DNA of 64,000 nucleotides from Oculina patagonica (Eukaryota): NCBI RefSeq assembly GCF_052425735.1, contig NC_135764.1, positions 16,988,001 to 17,052,000 of the forward strand, read 5' to 3'. Shown piece by piece: positions 25,354 to 37,300 of this stretch (position 1 is its first letter; each line of letters starts with the position of its first letter). The notes under the pieces were generated by a model. It saw only the letters and a program-made list of their open reading frames with translations, ran no database searches and was not told where the DNA came from. The position numbers and the translations under genes were made by a program.

Positions 25354-26142
25354 ATGCAGAAGAAAGGATTTGAACCTGATTTCTCAGAGCCGTGGCATCT
25401 TAGTGATGTTGTTCTTGTTGTTGAAGATAAAAAGTTCCATGTTCACAAGGGCACTTTATCCATGTGGTCACCAGTGTTTGAAAGGATGTTCTCTTCAGAA
25501 TTCAAAGAAAAATCAGCTAGTGAAATCCCTCTTCCTGGCAAAAATGCTGCTGAAATAAAGGAGATGTTACTTGTCATATACCCAACATCTAAACCAATAA
25601 GTGAAGACAACTGCTACTTTCTCCTTTCCTTAGCCAGAGAGTATCAGATGGAGCAACTTACAGAGCACTGTGAAAAGTATCTTTTACAGAGAGAGAAAAC
25701 ACCTCATCAAGCCATCGACTTCCTTGTTCTAGCCAATGAATTTAACATGGAAGATTTGTGCAAGCAGTGCGTTGAAATTGCCAAACACATCTCAATAACT
25801 GAACTACGACATCATGATAAGTATGCTTTGATTGCACCACAAGATGGCAAACAGTTGGCTGAAAGACGAGTGGAGTTACTGGAAAATAAAATACTAAGCA
25901 GTGAACAGAGGGTAAATTCAGTGAAAAAAGAAGTCAAGGATGTGTGTGAGTGGGGACTTAGGGAGCTTGGACGGGTTTTGTATCACAAAAAATCCCCAGA
26001 AGGAAGACACTCGCCACGTGCCCTTGTTGACTGTACAAAACTTGTGGAAGAAACAGCGCAGGAAAATACGGAGGTCAATGTTATGCTGCAGTTGTTACAA
26101 CAACGACTTAGAAATATTTATGACCCATTTCGTACAGTTTAG
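25354..26142 (+). CDS. BTB/POZ-domain protein (BTB plus BACK-like helices and coiled coil), single coding exon
   Basis: SDVVLVVEDKKFHVHKGTLSMWSPVFERMFSSEFKE and LAREYQMEQLTEHCEKYL are typical BTB motifs; 262-aa intact ORF. Confidence 0.9.
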   Translation: MQKKGFEPDFSEPWHLSDVVLVVEDKKFHVHKGTLSMWSPVFERMFSSEFKEKSASEIPLPGKNAAEIKEMLLVIYPTSKPISEDNCYFLLSLAREYQMEQLTEHCEKYLLQREKTPHQAIDFLVLANEFNMEDLCKQCVEIAKHISITELRHHDKYALIAPQDGKQLAERRVELLENKILSSEQRVNSVKKEVKDVCEWGLRELGRVLYHKKSPEGRHSPRALVDCTKLVEETAQENTEVNVMLQLLQQRLRNIYDPFRTV

Positions 26143-26833
26143 TTATATAGTCTATATAGTTAATATAGTTAATATATTATAGATATTAGAACAATACGAG
26201 AGAAATATACAGAATTATCCAAGAAGTTTAAAATATGGTTGAGACTGAAAAGTTCACTTGTAATACTGGAAAAAATTAGTCACCTGTAGCATCCATATCA
26301 AGTGCATATGTCTCTGATGCGTCATTTTATAATGACCATAAAGAAACTAGTCCCCCTCAGAGTCTTCCTTGTGTATCCATTCAGGGGATTGTAATAGAGT
26401 GGAAGAACCAAACTATGAATTGCTACACAGCAGAGGACTTTCTGTTGCATTGTACGCAACATAGGTGTGACATTTTACTCCAGCAAAAATGGAATACTTT
26501 TAACTGTCTGCAGTAATAGACATATTTGCCGATTAAAAATGATATAAAATCAGGTAAACTATATTATTAAAAACAAACTTAACGTTTCTGATTATCACGA
26601 TGGTCATCAGAGGCAAACAACTGTATTAGAAACGGTTTTGTACTTATATCTGAGGCTTAAATAAATTAACGTAGCTACAAATTTCCATAAGGAGCGTGAT
26701 GAGTTTTAATGAGTTGCAAAGTGGAAAGCTTTTGTGATTCTTTGTTTCAACCATAAATGAACGGTGGCTTAAAGGTGTCACGAGAATAATGCGTTATTTG
26801 AGTGTTTAATAAGTTTGGCTGCATTCCTACAAT

Positions 26834-26947
26834 AAGCCTGTTCCCGGTGTTCGGTTAGTGGCTCTCTCTCCCAAAACACCTCACTATTTTTTCCACTCGC
26901 CGTTTTTCGCGCTGCTTCTCAACTGACTGAACGCCTGGAACAGGCTA
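26834..26947. mobile_element. Short MITE (AGCCTG...CAGGCTA type)
   Basis: AGCCTGTTCCCGGTGTTC pairs with GAACGCCTGGAACAGGCT. Confidence 0.6.
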
Positions 26948-29455
26948 TCGGCTACAATTCTTTAGCATATAAACCTGGATGTCAGATCACGCCAACACCA
27001 ACTAAAAAATCCAGCTATATATTGCAAGGGAATGTGATTTGCGCTGCCAAGATCACGGCAACATTGTCCAACATAGTGTAAAAGCGATCCCAACATGTTG
27101 CGCCCAACAATGTTGGGTGAAGTTGTGCTAAAAATGCAATTGCTTACACACTGCGAGGATTATTTAATTCATTTCAGTTTTGAGCTTAGTTTTTGGTTTC
27201 TAAACTGTTCACATACATGTATGAACCTAGAATAGATGGCACAGTCTCCCTGTCGCTCATTGGTTAGATCATTCGACAGGTGTGTGGAAGCCGGGTTATG
27301 GGCTCGATTACTAAACATGTGAATTAATTGAAATTTTCTACGTTATGTTTTTTCAATTTTGGCACTGCTGCTTGGGTGCAAGAGCGTAGTCAGTGTACAA
27401 TGGTTGCCAAGTAGTCATTCTTTTGAGAAACATTTCCCGTTTAAATATTTAAAAACCCGAGCAATCATAAGCTTGACCAATTATCAAAGTTTACCATAGA
27501 TGAGAGGATTACGTGAGAAACGTGGTGCTGTTCCGACAGCATTTTATTTGTCTTTTATTTCCATTTCTATTAAACATCGTATTAATTTCGATTTCGCGTC
27601 AATGCCGTTGTTGTATTGCCATCTATATATACAAGGCAAATAAAAAAAAAGATGATTTTGCTTTTGGTCTGATCTTGTATCTTAATTTGGCTGGGCAAGT
27701 TCTATTCTCAATCTTCTGGAAGTATTAATAGCACTATTCTAGTTTCTGATTGGTTCTCCGCTTGCTTATTTCTTACGAAATTAAAGGGTGTAAGAGTGAC
27801 GGACTATTGAATCGCTGAAATTGGTAATTACGCTCAACTTCTCAACCAAATCATCAATATTTGGCTACTATGTTATGTCAACAACTTTCTTCACAGCCAT
27901 TAATTCTTCACACCCTTGACAGTGAATAAATTTTCTGTTTGAACAAAAGAGATTGTGAGCCAGCTTAACTAGCCTTGCTTAATAAAAGCAAAGGTTCGAA
28001 AAGGTCATTAAGGAGGGGTGCCAACAAATCAGCACAATGTTTTCCAATTCAAGCAGTTGTTATTTTGAGAAATATTTCCTGTATAAATATGATTAATTAT
28101 CAATGTTTACCAGAGAGAATAGGATTGCGAGAGAAACTTTGTCCTACCATCATGAATTTGCCATTCACATCCAGTGAATAAAAGATAAAGTGATGTTGTT
28201 TGTCTTGGTATCTAACTGTAAATTTGGGCGACCAAACATTATTTCTAGTCAATTAAAGTAAGTATTTTAGAGCGCGTTAAGTTAGAATGTGCCATTTGGA
28301 CGGTCCCTTACTTTTCTCACGAGTCAATTAAACCTCACAACATATTAATTATTAGCTGACATATTGAGACTAGGCTTTTAAAAGACAAACATATTAAAAA
28401 CGACTTTAGAAAAATGGCAAACATTTGACAGTAAATACTAGTTTACTGTCAAAGTGAAAAGGTTTTAAGTGAAAAAATAATCCGGCACCTGAATAAACCG
28501 AATTTGGAAAATGGAAAATGAATACTTGTGGGGGAAACAATATAAAGAGAGAGTAAGTTTTTTACAAGCAAACCGGAACTACGGCACAAGTGGAAAACAT
28601 TGAGGTGAAGAGGTTAAGACAAAAGCGAGTTCAAAAACGAGTTGAGGTTAGTGGTGTATAACTGCAAACAGTTTTATAGCCTGGAAGATTTCAAAAAACA
28701 AGAACAAATCCCTGGCAAAATTATGTAGTTTATATTTGAAATGTTTTTCCGTATTGACTAACGAAAAAGACATAAGAGAGCATTCTATTAACGTTATGGT
28801 GAACTTTTCTTTTCGGAATTTTTCTTTTCATTTATGCATTTGTTTTATCAAGAGTTTTAAAGGGGCCAAGTCACGGGGATTTCCATTTTTGGTCCTAACT
28901 GTTCTGAAATTAGTGGTAGACAACTTAACCCATGCAAAGCGGATAGAAACCGAGCTACGACTATAAATATCGATTTTTTGAAGACACGCGGAAACAACTT
29001 GAAAAGTTAACCCTTAATTTTCAAGTTGCAATCCATTTCCATCCGAACCATCCGCACCCAAAGAGGCTCGTTAACCATTTCAGTGCTCTAATATAGCAAT
29101 TTTTAATAAAAATGGACTATTATTTTTATTGGTTTCCTGCGACACAAATATGAAATATTGTCTGCTCAAAAATCTGGAAAAATCCTTGACAAAGCCCCTT
29201 TAACTGAGCGCTTTTAAGCCAGGCTGATTCATTCCTATATTTGTTACAGTCTGGGATTCATAACTTCAACAATAAAATGAAACATTCAGGTTATTAACAT
29301 TTCTTGTATCATTTACTCATTGTCGTTTTCGCTCTTAAGTGGTAAACCTTGTTAGTATCGGGTAAAAAAATTAAATATAGATTTCAAAACTCTTTATGTA
29401 TGTCACTGAAGCATCTCATGAAACACGAATATATTCTTCACAGTTCTCCCAAGCC

Positions 29456-32400
29456 ATGGGCACTCTCAGGGTCATCATGGTCTTGGCCCTTGTCACCATG
29501 GTAACGCCACCAGCACTCAGTGCACTTCTTTCTTATGAGGCCCAAGACACAGTTTTAGACCTGATGGCAGAAAAGGGCTTCACAGGTCTTGGAAGTGCAA
29601 ATTTATTGGCTAAAGACGGGCCACGACCAATATATCGCAAAGATCTTGGACCAAACCACATCGCTTACTACGAAATCCTGAGCGGAGATGGCAAGGAGTA
29701 TTTCCTTTTATCTTCTGGTTCCAAAACTGGTGATAACAGATTTGTCGAGAGCGGTGACATCAATGCTACTAGCCAGCAGTATCGCCCTACAGACAAGCTC
29801 AATATGGATGCGGCAAAACTTGGCCAGACCTGTTTCAAGCACTACCGACTGAGCCAGGCGGGGCTTTACATGTGCGAAGACCGGAACGGTATCCCAGTCG
29901 CTGCCACTTACAACTGGACTTCAAACGCACCGGTTAGTGTTTTGAAAAGGAACTAAGTTAGGAAAATATCTAAGCTGACGTGTTTTGAAGCGTTATATTT
30001 ATCGAACCTTTTCACACTTTTGGATAAATTTAAAATTTCTCAGTCTTTAATTTAAAAGCCACTTCTCCTTGTTTTCAAACCAAGAATGTGAGTTTCATAT
30101 GCTTCAACAGCAAAAATTTGACTCCAAGCTCTTTTCTACTTACGATTGTTAAGAGACAATATATCCTGACATATTTTACAGATTGATATAAAACAGTGGA
30201 AAAGCTTGGCTGTTATGGTGAAGGCAAGCCTGGCAGATTTCGACAAAGAATGGCGGGAGCTGTCATATGAGGTCAGCGAAGAAGGTGAATGGGCGAGTCT
30301 GAGGCAAGTTCAAAGTGCACTGAAGCAGGAGCGATATGGAGAAGAGGCTCTTGAATCAGGCTCCAAACACAGAATATCTTTAGGATTCCACTACAAGAGT
30401 ACACCGAGGATATATTTCACTGGAACTGGTGGAATAAAAAGTGATCTGACAACTGCTGACTGGCAAAAGAAACTTTGTGCAGTCTTGGTGAACGGTAAGG
30501 ATCGGTTGTAAAGGTAGCGATGACGTCACAGTTGTCCATTCACATTATCTGAATTTGTTTCTCATAACTTTCATTTCTTAGTGATTGTATTTCCTTCTGA
30601 ACTGTACACAGTTGGAAAGAGCTGCTGTGTCTAACCTTTTTCTGGGACTTCTGTGTCAGAATTTAGATAAAATATGCGTAATAAAGTTGAGAAGTTCATG
30701 TTGTAACAGTTTTTATGATTTTTGTGACTGTGACCATGCGATCAGTCAATATTACTATTGGTTCTTAGCTGGTATTGACGCACCAGATTTCATATAAATT
30801 CTACCTCTTTGATGTCAAATGACAGATGACTTGAAGAGACCAGTCTTTACACTCATGATAACAGTGTCTTGTCTTTTTGTCTAGTTTGCAGCGGTAGTGA
30901 CTTGACATATGTGAACAGCCGTTTATTTCTCTCGGCTCGGAATGGCATCAATTTCTTTGAGTTATCCGTCCATCAAGACAAAAGCACGGTGCAAAATCTC
31001 CTTATGAATACAGATGTTAGTTTTAGTGTGCAGTTGACTACAAGTGATGGAACCTTGATGGAAAAAAGGTTCGGCGTAGAGACGAACTACACAAGCCGAA
31101 CAAAGCGCTGGAGCCCATGGTCTTACTGGAGCATTCATCAGTCACACCTGTTTCCAAACTACAACCAGCATCGATGCTGTGGATGTTACAGCGGATGCGG
31201 TCCAGTGGCCTGGGCACAAATATTTGCTTATTATGACAGGTACAAAACAGGATCATTATAATCCTTCATGTTTGTGTACCTGGGAAATAAATAGAGTTCT
31301 TCAGAGTTCGTGTTTTCATCATGTTTAGTGTACTAGGAATCTAGGCAGGCTGGGTCATGGGGATGGTACTTTATATTTTTTCATGGGTGTTTGTAGGCTT
31401 GTAGACATCGTGTCCTATTCTTACGCTTTCTAGTACAATTACCTATTCATTGTTTGTTGTACTAAATCTGTAAATAAAATAAATAAATAAGTTGTTCAAA
31501 ACAAGAGAAAGCTTATCTAGAAGATCTAGGCGTTAACAGTTTAATTTGATACAAATAAATTATCAATCATTATTTCTGTAACAGATTTCCGACTAACTGA
31601 GAACTTTTTTTAACTGAAATAATCATCGATCATGATCGATTATCGATTACACACTTTAAAGTTAAAAACCCTTGCAGAAGATAGTAAAAAAGCCGTTGGT
31701 TGTTTACCTTTAGGCTGGCACATATTTCTTCGTGGTACGGGTACAACCAGAAGCTTTATCAAGGTTTCTACGGCGTAAGTGGAAGCGCTGCTTATCAACC
31801 GCCATGGTACACTGTAAGTCAATATCGCTATTGTTAACCTGATAACTAAGTAGGTTGTTGATTATGTGACGTATTGTAACGTATGGCCATGATAACTTAT
31901 AACTACGACCAGTATTGACAGCTATTTTAACGAACTCTGATTTATTTTGCCCCTCAAAAAAGGCCTTCGCAAACCTCAAGAGATTTTAAAATCAAACGGC
32001 TCGAGTTTTCTTTGAACGTTGGTTTAAATTCAAATAACCGCTTTAATTTATGCGTTGTGTAGTTTCCAGAAAAATCTTACTGTTTTATTGTAATTGCTTA
32101 TGAAACTTATTTCCTTTTACCATTCAGCCCCGTTATTACGTTCAAGACATTCGTTCTAAAGTGGATACATTCTGTTTGTTTGGTGGTGGAGCGACCACTC
32201 ACTGGGATATGACTGACAGCAAACTGTGGAACTGGTATCTTACCCGGCAAAGTCCGCTGGGAGGAAGCTTGTCCTCCTACACCAGCTGGTGGTCAACACT
32301 CCCTGGAATCTATCGTGCATGGATACGGAACTCTGCCATTAATGCTGTCAAGAACAGATATCCTGCCATTGTTGGAATATGGGTGGGATCGTCACAGCAT

Positions 32401-32969
32401 TATGCAGTTGCTACAAGATACCGATCAAGGTAAGGTAATGCGAGTCCTGAAACACTTGGCTTGAAAACCTTAGGCTATACACATGGCTTTTTCGGTACCT
32501 TAAGGGCCATAAACATGAACATTTTCCATGGTATTGTTTGAGGACTGTCAGAAAGTGATTCAAAGTGAAGATAAGGATCCTTTTTGATAGCATTTTGACA
32601 TTATAGAAATCAGCATTTTTAAAGTCGAGACTTTACTAATATCACGCCATGCTCGGCGTTTCTCTCTTTTGCTTGGGCTAACGATCTTTTTCCTGTCTGT
32701 TTCCTTATGCTCAGTTTAGTTTTCAAAATAATCATTATTGTAGATCCATCATAGAGAGCTGCTAAGGAAAGCAGATAAATTGAAAGCTGTAGGTTTTTTC
32801 ATTTTCTAGGTACAAGAAGTGGCGGATCTGCTGGTGGTTCTTTGGGTGGCACTGTACCCAGTGGTTCTATACCTACAGGCATGAGTGGTACCTGCACATG
32901 GGCTGGGGTGGAAGCGGAAATGCTTGGCGAAATGCCAAAGCATTTTCTGCCTTTGTTGCCAGGCACTGA
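29456..32969 (+). CDS. Secreted pre-pro papain-like cysteine protease, streptopain/C10-like
   Basis: Exons 29456-29932, 30182-30494, 30885-31239, 31714-31813, 32128-32429, 32810-32969 join in phase. Signal peptide MGTLRVIMVLALVTMVTPPALSA; furin site RTKR; Cys motif YSGCGPVAWAQIFAYY; His motif SQHYAVA; C-terminal WYLHMGWGGSGN. Confidence 0.75.
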
Positions 32970-34390
32970 GCCGCCTTTGCATTGAAGTCAAAAACAAATA
33001 ACCGGATTGGACGCTTAGACATAGAAGGTTGGCAATGTGTACATGATTTGTGGATAGTGAGAAAGCAATGTAACTGAATCAATAAACGTACAAACTGCCT
33101 TCCACATAAAAGTGTTATGTTGTTTTGGGGTTAAAACATTTGACCGAACTGATTCGAACGAAAGGGAAATTTAATTTCGTCTACTTTCTGTAAAACTCTG
33201 TAACGGTATTCAATTCAAACACCGGTGTCCATAGATGACCGTTCTGATACGCTCGTGGTTTGATAAGTCGACATATTTCCCGTTACCCATGTACTCAAAA
33301 AGACTGGAAAATTATATGAAGCAATTTCATTCCATACCAATGATTGTCTTTGCAAATTGTAATTTAAAATGGCTAATCCTCGGACTTACAAGCAAATTCA
33401 TACCCCACCCTGCTACAAAGGGGAGGGGAGGGGGTGGACCCGCCTAAGGTTTTCGTTCTATTAATGTGTGCAGCGAAATTATTTTGCACTGAGTAGCAAC
33501 CCCTTAGCTTACTCTACAAGATGACATATTTCATTTTGGTTGTGACGTCATATAACGACATTAGAGCCGCCATCTTGGATTTCACCTTGTTCCTAGAAAG
33601 TCAAAAAATAATGGAAATTGATACAAAGTCAAGCCAGAATGCTTTTGGGATGAAAAAATAAAGTCAAATCTTGCAGTTTTGTTTTAAAACAATTTTACTT
33701 AGCATTTATTGCACTGTTGATGTTTCTGGCCGTGCTTCATGGGTGTTAGACATCACTTCATGTGTCTGTGACCTGTCCTTTACTTTGTAAGGCAAGGTTC
33801 ACTTGCGCATTACTGCCTAATCATTTATTTGTCAGGGGAGCGTTTATCTTATTTTTTATTTAACAAATTGGTATTAAAATACCGAAAACTATTTTACAGT
33901 ACTAACTTACAATTTCAAATATTAAAATTAAAATATATTCATTTGCTCCTTTAAACATTGCTTCTATCTGTTTTATATCTTTTTGTAGAAGTCCCCTTTT
34001 AGTTTAATTTTTTTTAACTTCCGGCTGTGTTGCGTAGAGTGAAGTACAGTTTTACAGCGATCGGAAACATTTCACAAGAGGTCAGGTTGCAGAAGTGAAT
34101 ATCAAGAAACTGGCTGACTATTTTGTAGTGTCATAGCTTAACATACACTTATGAGAGTTACACTGCACGGCTATTGTTTCTTTCTCAATTGCCGGAAAGG
34201 TGCAACAACTCGTTAAGTTATCAATTACTTCTTTTAGTTGTGGCCACAACAGTAATAACACTTCTGCCTGAGTTTCTTTCTTATCCACCTTCCAGTGGGG
34301 AACAGAAGAAACAATTTTCTCCTCGTGAGCTTAGCTTATACTGGCAGTGGACATGTAACAGCAGCAGTTAATGCGCAGGCGTGTGACGCA

Positions 34391-37300
34391 TTACGTGTTC
34401 GTGTCGAACGTCTGTCCACTGAATACTGACGGCACATCCATCATGGCGCCTACCGTCAGTTCTGCTGCTTTAACGATCTGCCTTGAGATAAGGTCTTCAT
34501 CCTGCAAGAAACGATTGAGATAACTGACAATAAGGACACATAAAGCTATCTATAGAATGCACGTACATGTAGTCCATGGAGCAAGTTACGATATATTTAT
34601 TACTATACCTTTGCTGTGTTACTGGGGATTGGCGGAACAAACACACCAAAACAAGTCATGCCTTGTTCATGCATACAGGACTTGACGTCTTCTGTAGCCA
34701 TCTGTTAACAAAGGAAACATAGAATGCAAACTTCTGTCAAAACCTAAGTTTCAGGGTGTCAATAAATTTCAGGGAGGACCAGCCTTTAAAGCAATCGTCA
34801 AATATTTTAAAAGTGGCCTTCGGTTTGACGGCAAACAAGATGCATGCGTCAAATGAAAATTCACTACGCATCGTGGAAACTTCGCCTTGTTCGCTTCTGA
34901 CTACTTATCTTTGAACGCCGCTTCTCCCTTAATATTAGGTTGCGCGTTACTGCGCAGTCTTTTCCTGACGTGTTTGATACCTTGACACCTTGATACTTGT
35001 TACGTCACTCAAATTAATAAATAATAATAAATAAATATTTTATTTCTAATGTTCCCGTGGAGTTTGAGAATATTTGACGTGAAAACTGATAGGCAGAAAA
35101 TGTAAACAGATAACGCTACTGAAAAAAAAATATAAAAATGAAATCAATATAGAATCAGATTGAAGGTACCGAAGACCCGACCCCAGAGATGAGCAACTGT
35201 ACAGAGCACGGAACCCAGGAGGGACGGGGCGCCCATGGACAAGAAAGCCGTTAGCAGACGAGGGCGGAGCCGCCGAGCACCCCGCCGGCCCCCGCCGACT
35301 CCGGCCACCGCGCCCCGACTCACCAAGCCCTGGCTCCGTCCCATCAAGCATGGCGGGGCGCGGAGCAGAGCGCCGCGCAGCGGCCCCACGCGCACGGGGG
35401 GACCCCCGAGCCCGCCGTGGAGTCGCGAGCGAGAGCACAGATCGACCCATGGGCGCGAGCGAGAAGCAGCACGCCAGAGCCCACGCCCACGTCAGGAGGC
35501 GCACGCCCGGGGCGCCGCAACAGGAGTCGAACCCAAGAGCCCGATCGGCGACCACACGAGGAGGCGAGTCCCAAGGAGACCAGACGCCCGGCAGAGCAGG
35601 TCCGAGCGCCGAGCGAGAGCGCGGGCCAGGCGGAGTAGACACGAGGAGCAGCGGGGGGCCGGGGCGACCAGGACCCGCCCGGCCCAGGAGGCGCGAGCCG
35701 GGCCGGCACAGGAGAGGGAGCCGAGCCCCCCCCCGGCACCCCCCCCGCGGGGGCCACCTCCCCCCGCCGCGGGCCGGGCACGGCGGGAGGGCGCCGGACG
35801 CACCGCCCTCTCGTAATTCTTCGTGGGCAGGCCTCCGACACTCTTACCTCACAGCTAGGATTGGAATGTACCATTATCAACCCTATCTCCCTTTTTAATT
35901 TGAGAATAAATATTCGTTTACAAAAAGATCAGATTACTTTCTCTCTTGTTTCCAGAAAGGCTCACCTCCATATCACCTTCAAATTGCAGAGGATTCGACA
36001 TCAATCAATTTCTTTAGATTGTTAATGAATCTTGTTAGCTTAATATAGTTTAATTTTTTTCGAATATTTACTATTGTTAGAGCGTTTACTAGGATTTTTA
36101 TTTCCAACTAAATTGATTTGCTACTGCACCTATCACAGAAATCCCCTCTCCTAAGATTTTGAAGGGATGCCTTTCTTTGTTTGTGGAGCAGAGAGTCACC
36201 CTCCTAGAGGGTAGCTCAGTGTTTTTGTCAGCTTTGTGTAGAGAAGAGTGTGTCATTTTTTTTTTTTTTTTTTTTTCTATCCTAAATTGTTTATTACTGT
36301 GTTTATGTTGTATGTAAAAAAAATAAAATAAAATAAAAAAATAAAAAAAAAATAAAAAATTCAGGCTTATCTTGGATTTGCTTGATCGTGCTTTGAACAG
36401 CCGCTCCATGGGCTAAAAACCCGTCTTTTTTACAAGAATCAAAGAACTCAACGCAAACAGTACTGACAAGTCAGCTAACCTTGTGTGCACTGAACTCCTT
36501 GCTGCTGTTAGCAAAAATGACATTCACCAGCCTCGTGCGTTTAATCGAAGAAGAATCCAGTCTTTGACAGATTTCTTGGAGAAACCACTTGATATTTGCT
36601 GTGCTACAGCTCTAAAACAAGGAATGGAGTGATTGTAGAAACGTTTGCTTTCTTTTAGTAACAGGAAAGTAACATACAGTTTTATAAATAAACTGGTTTA
36701 TAATATGAAACAAAAACTGCAGTTCACACCTTTTTTTTCAGTGAAGACGTTTTGCGAAAGTAGGGATGTACTGTTTGTGCTGAACTATATTCAACGTACA
36801 ACCAATGAACGTGTTATGACGAGGAAATCCTGTGATTATTGCCGCAGAAACCGCGCGGGGGTTCTTTTATCTAAATGTGAAAGTCAAAGCTAACGGCTGA
36901 AGCTGTGTCTAGTTCTTAGTAACAAACTAGCGGCTGTATTAAAACAAGCAACTAAAAACCCAAAACACAGTCAAACACTGTACCTCGCTAGATATTCTTT
37001 CATCTGGTCTTGTACTCTGTGCTACATATACAATAGATATACAGCCCGTGGAAGCCACAAACTTGGAATTAATCTGGGATGCCTGCGGAAACAAATCATG
37101 GTTCAATTTGAAAATTAATGGAGTGTCTGAGTAATCATATGGATTGGATTTGGGGTGATTGTAAAACTTTTACTATGACACATTATCAGGAGTAAGGTAA
37201 TAATAGAGCAAACACAGTGAATTGATAATTTGCTCGATCATTAAAAGAAAAACGGTGTTAATATTTATAATTCTACATCTACATCTACATATAATTAGGT

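Noticed and set aside
27248-27312. tRNA gene
   Set aside because: Only degenerate A/B-box-like pieces; more likely a decayed SINE head.
28424-28453. 12-bp-arm palindrome TTTGACAGTAAA/TTTACTGTCAAA
   Set aside because: Short, AT-rich and isolated; no evidence of function.
35046-35898. Overlapping Arg/Pro/Gly-rich ORFs on both strands (also 38007-38425 and 43624-44135)
   Set aside because: Extreme GC content and lack of T remove stop codons; there are no domain motifs or splice context, and the sequence is probably artefactual.
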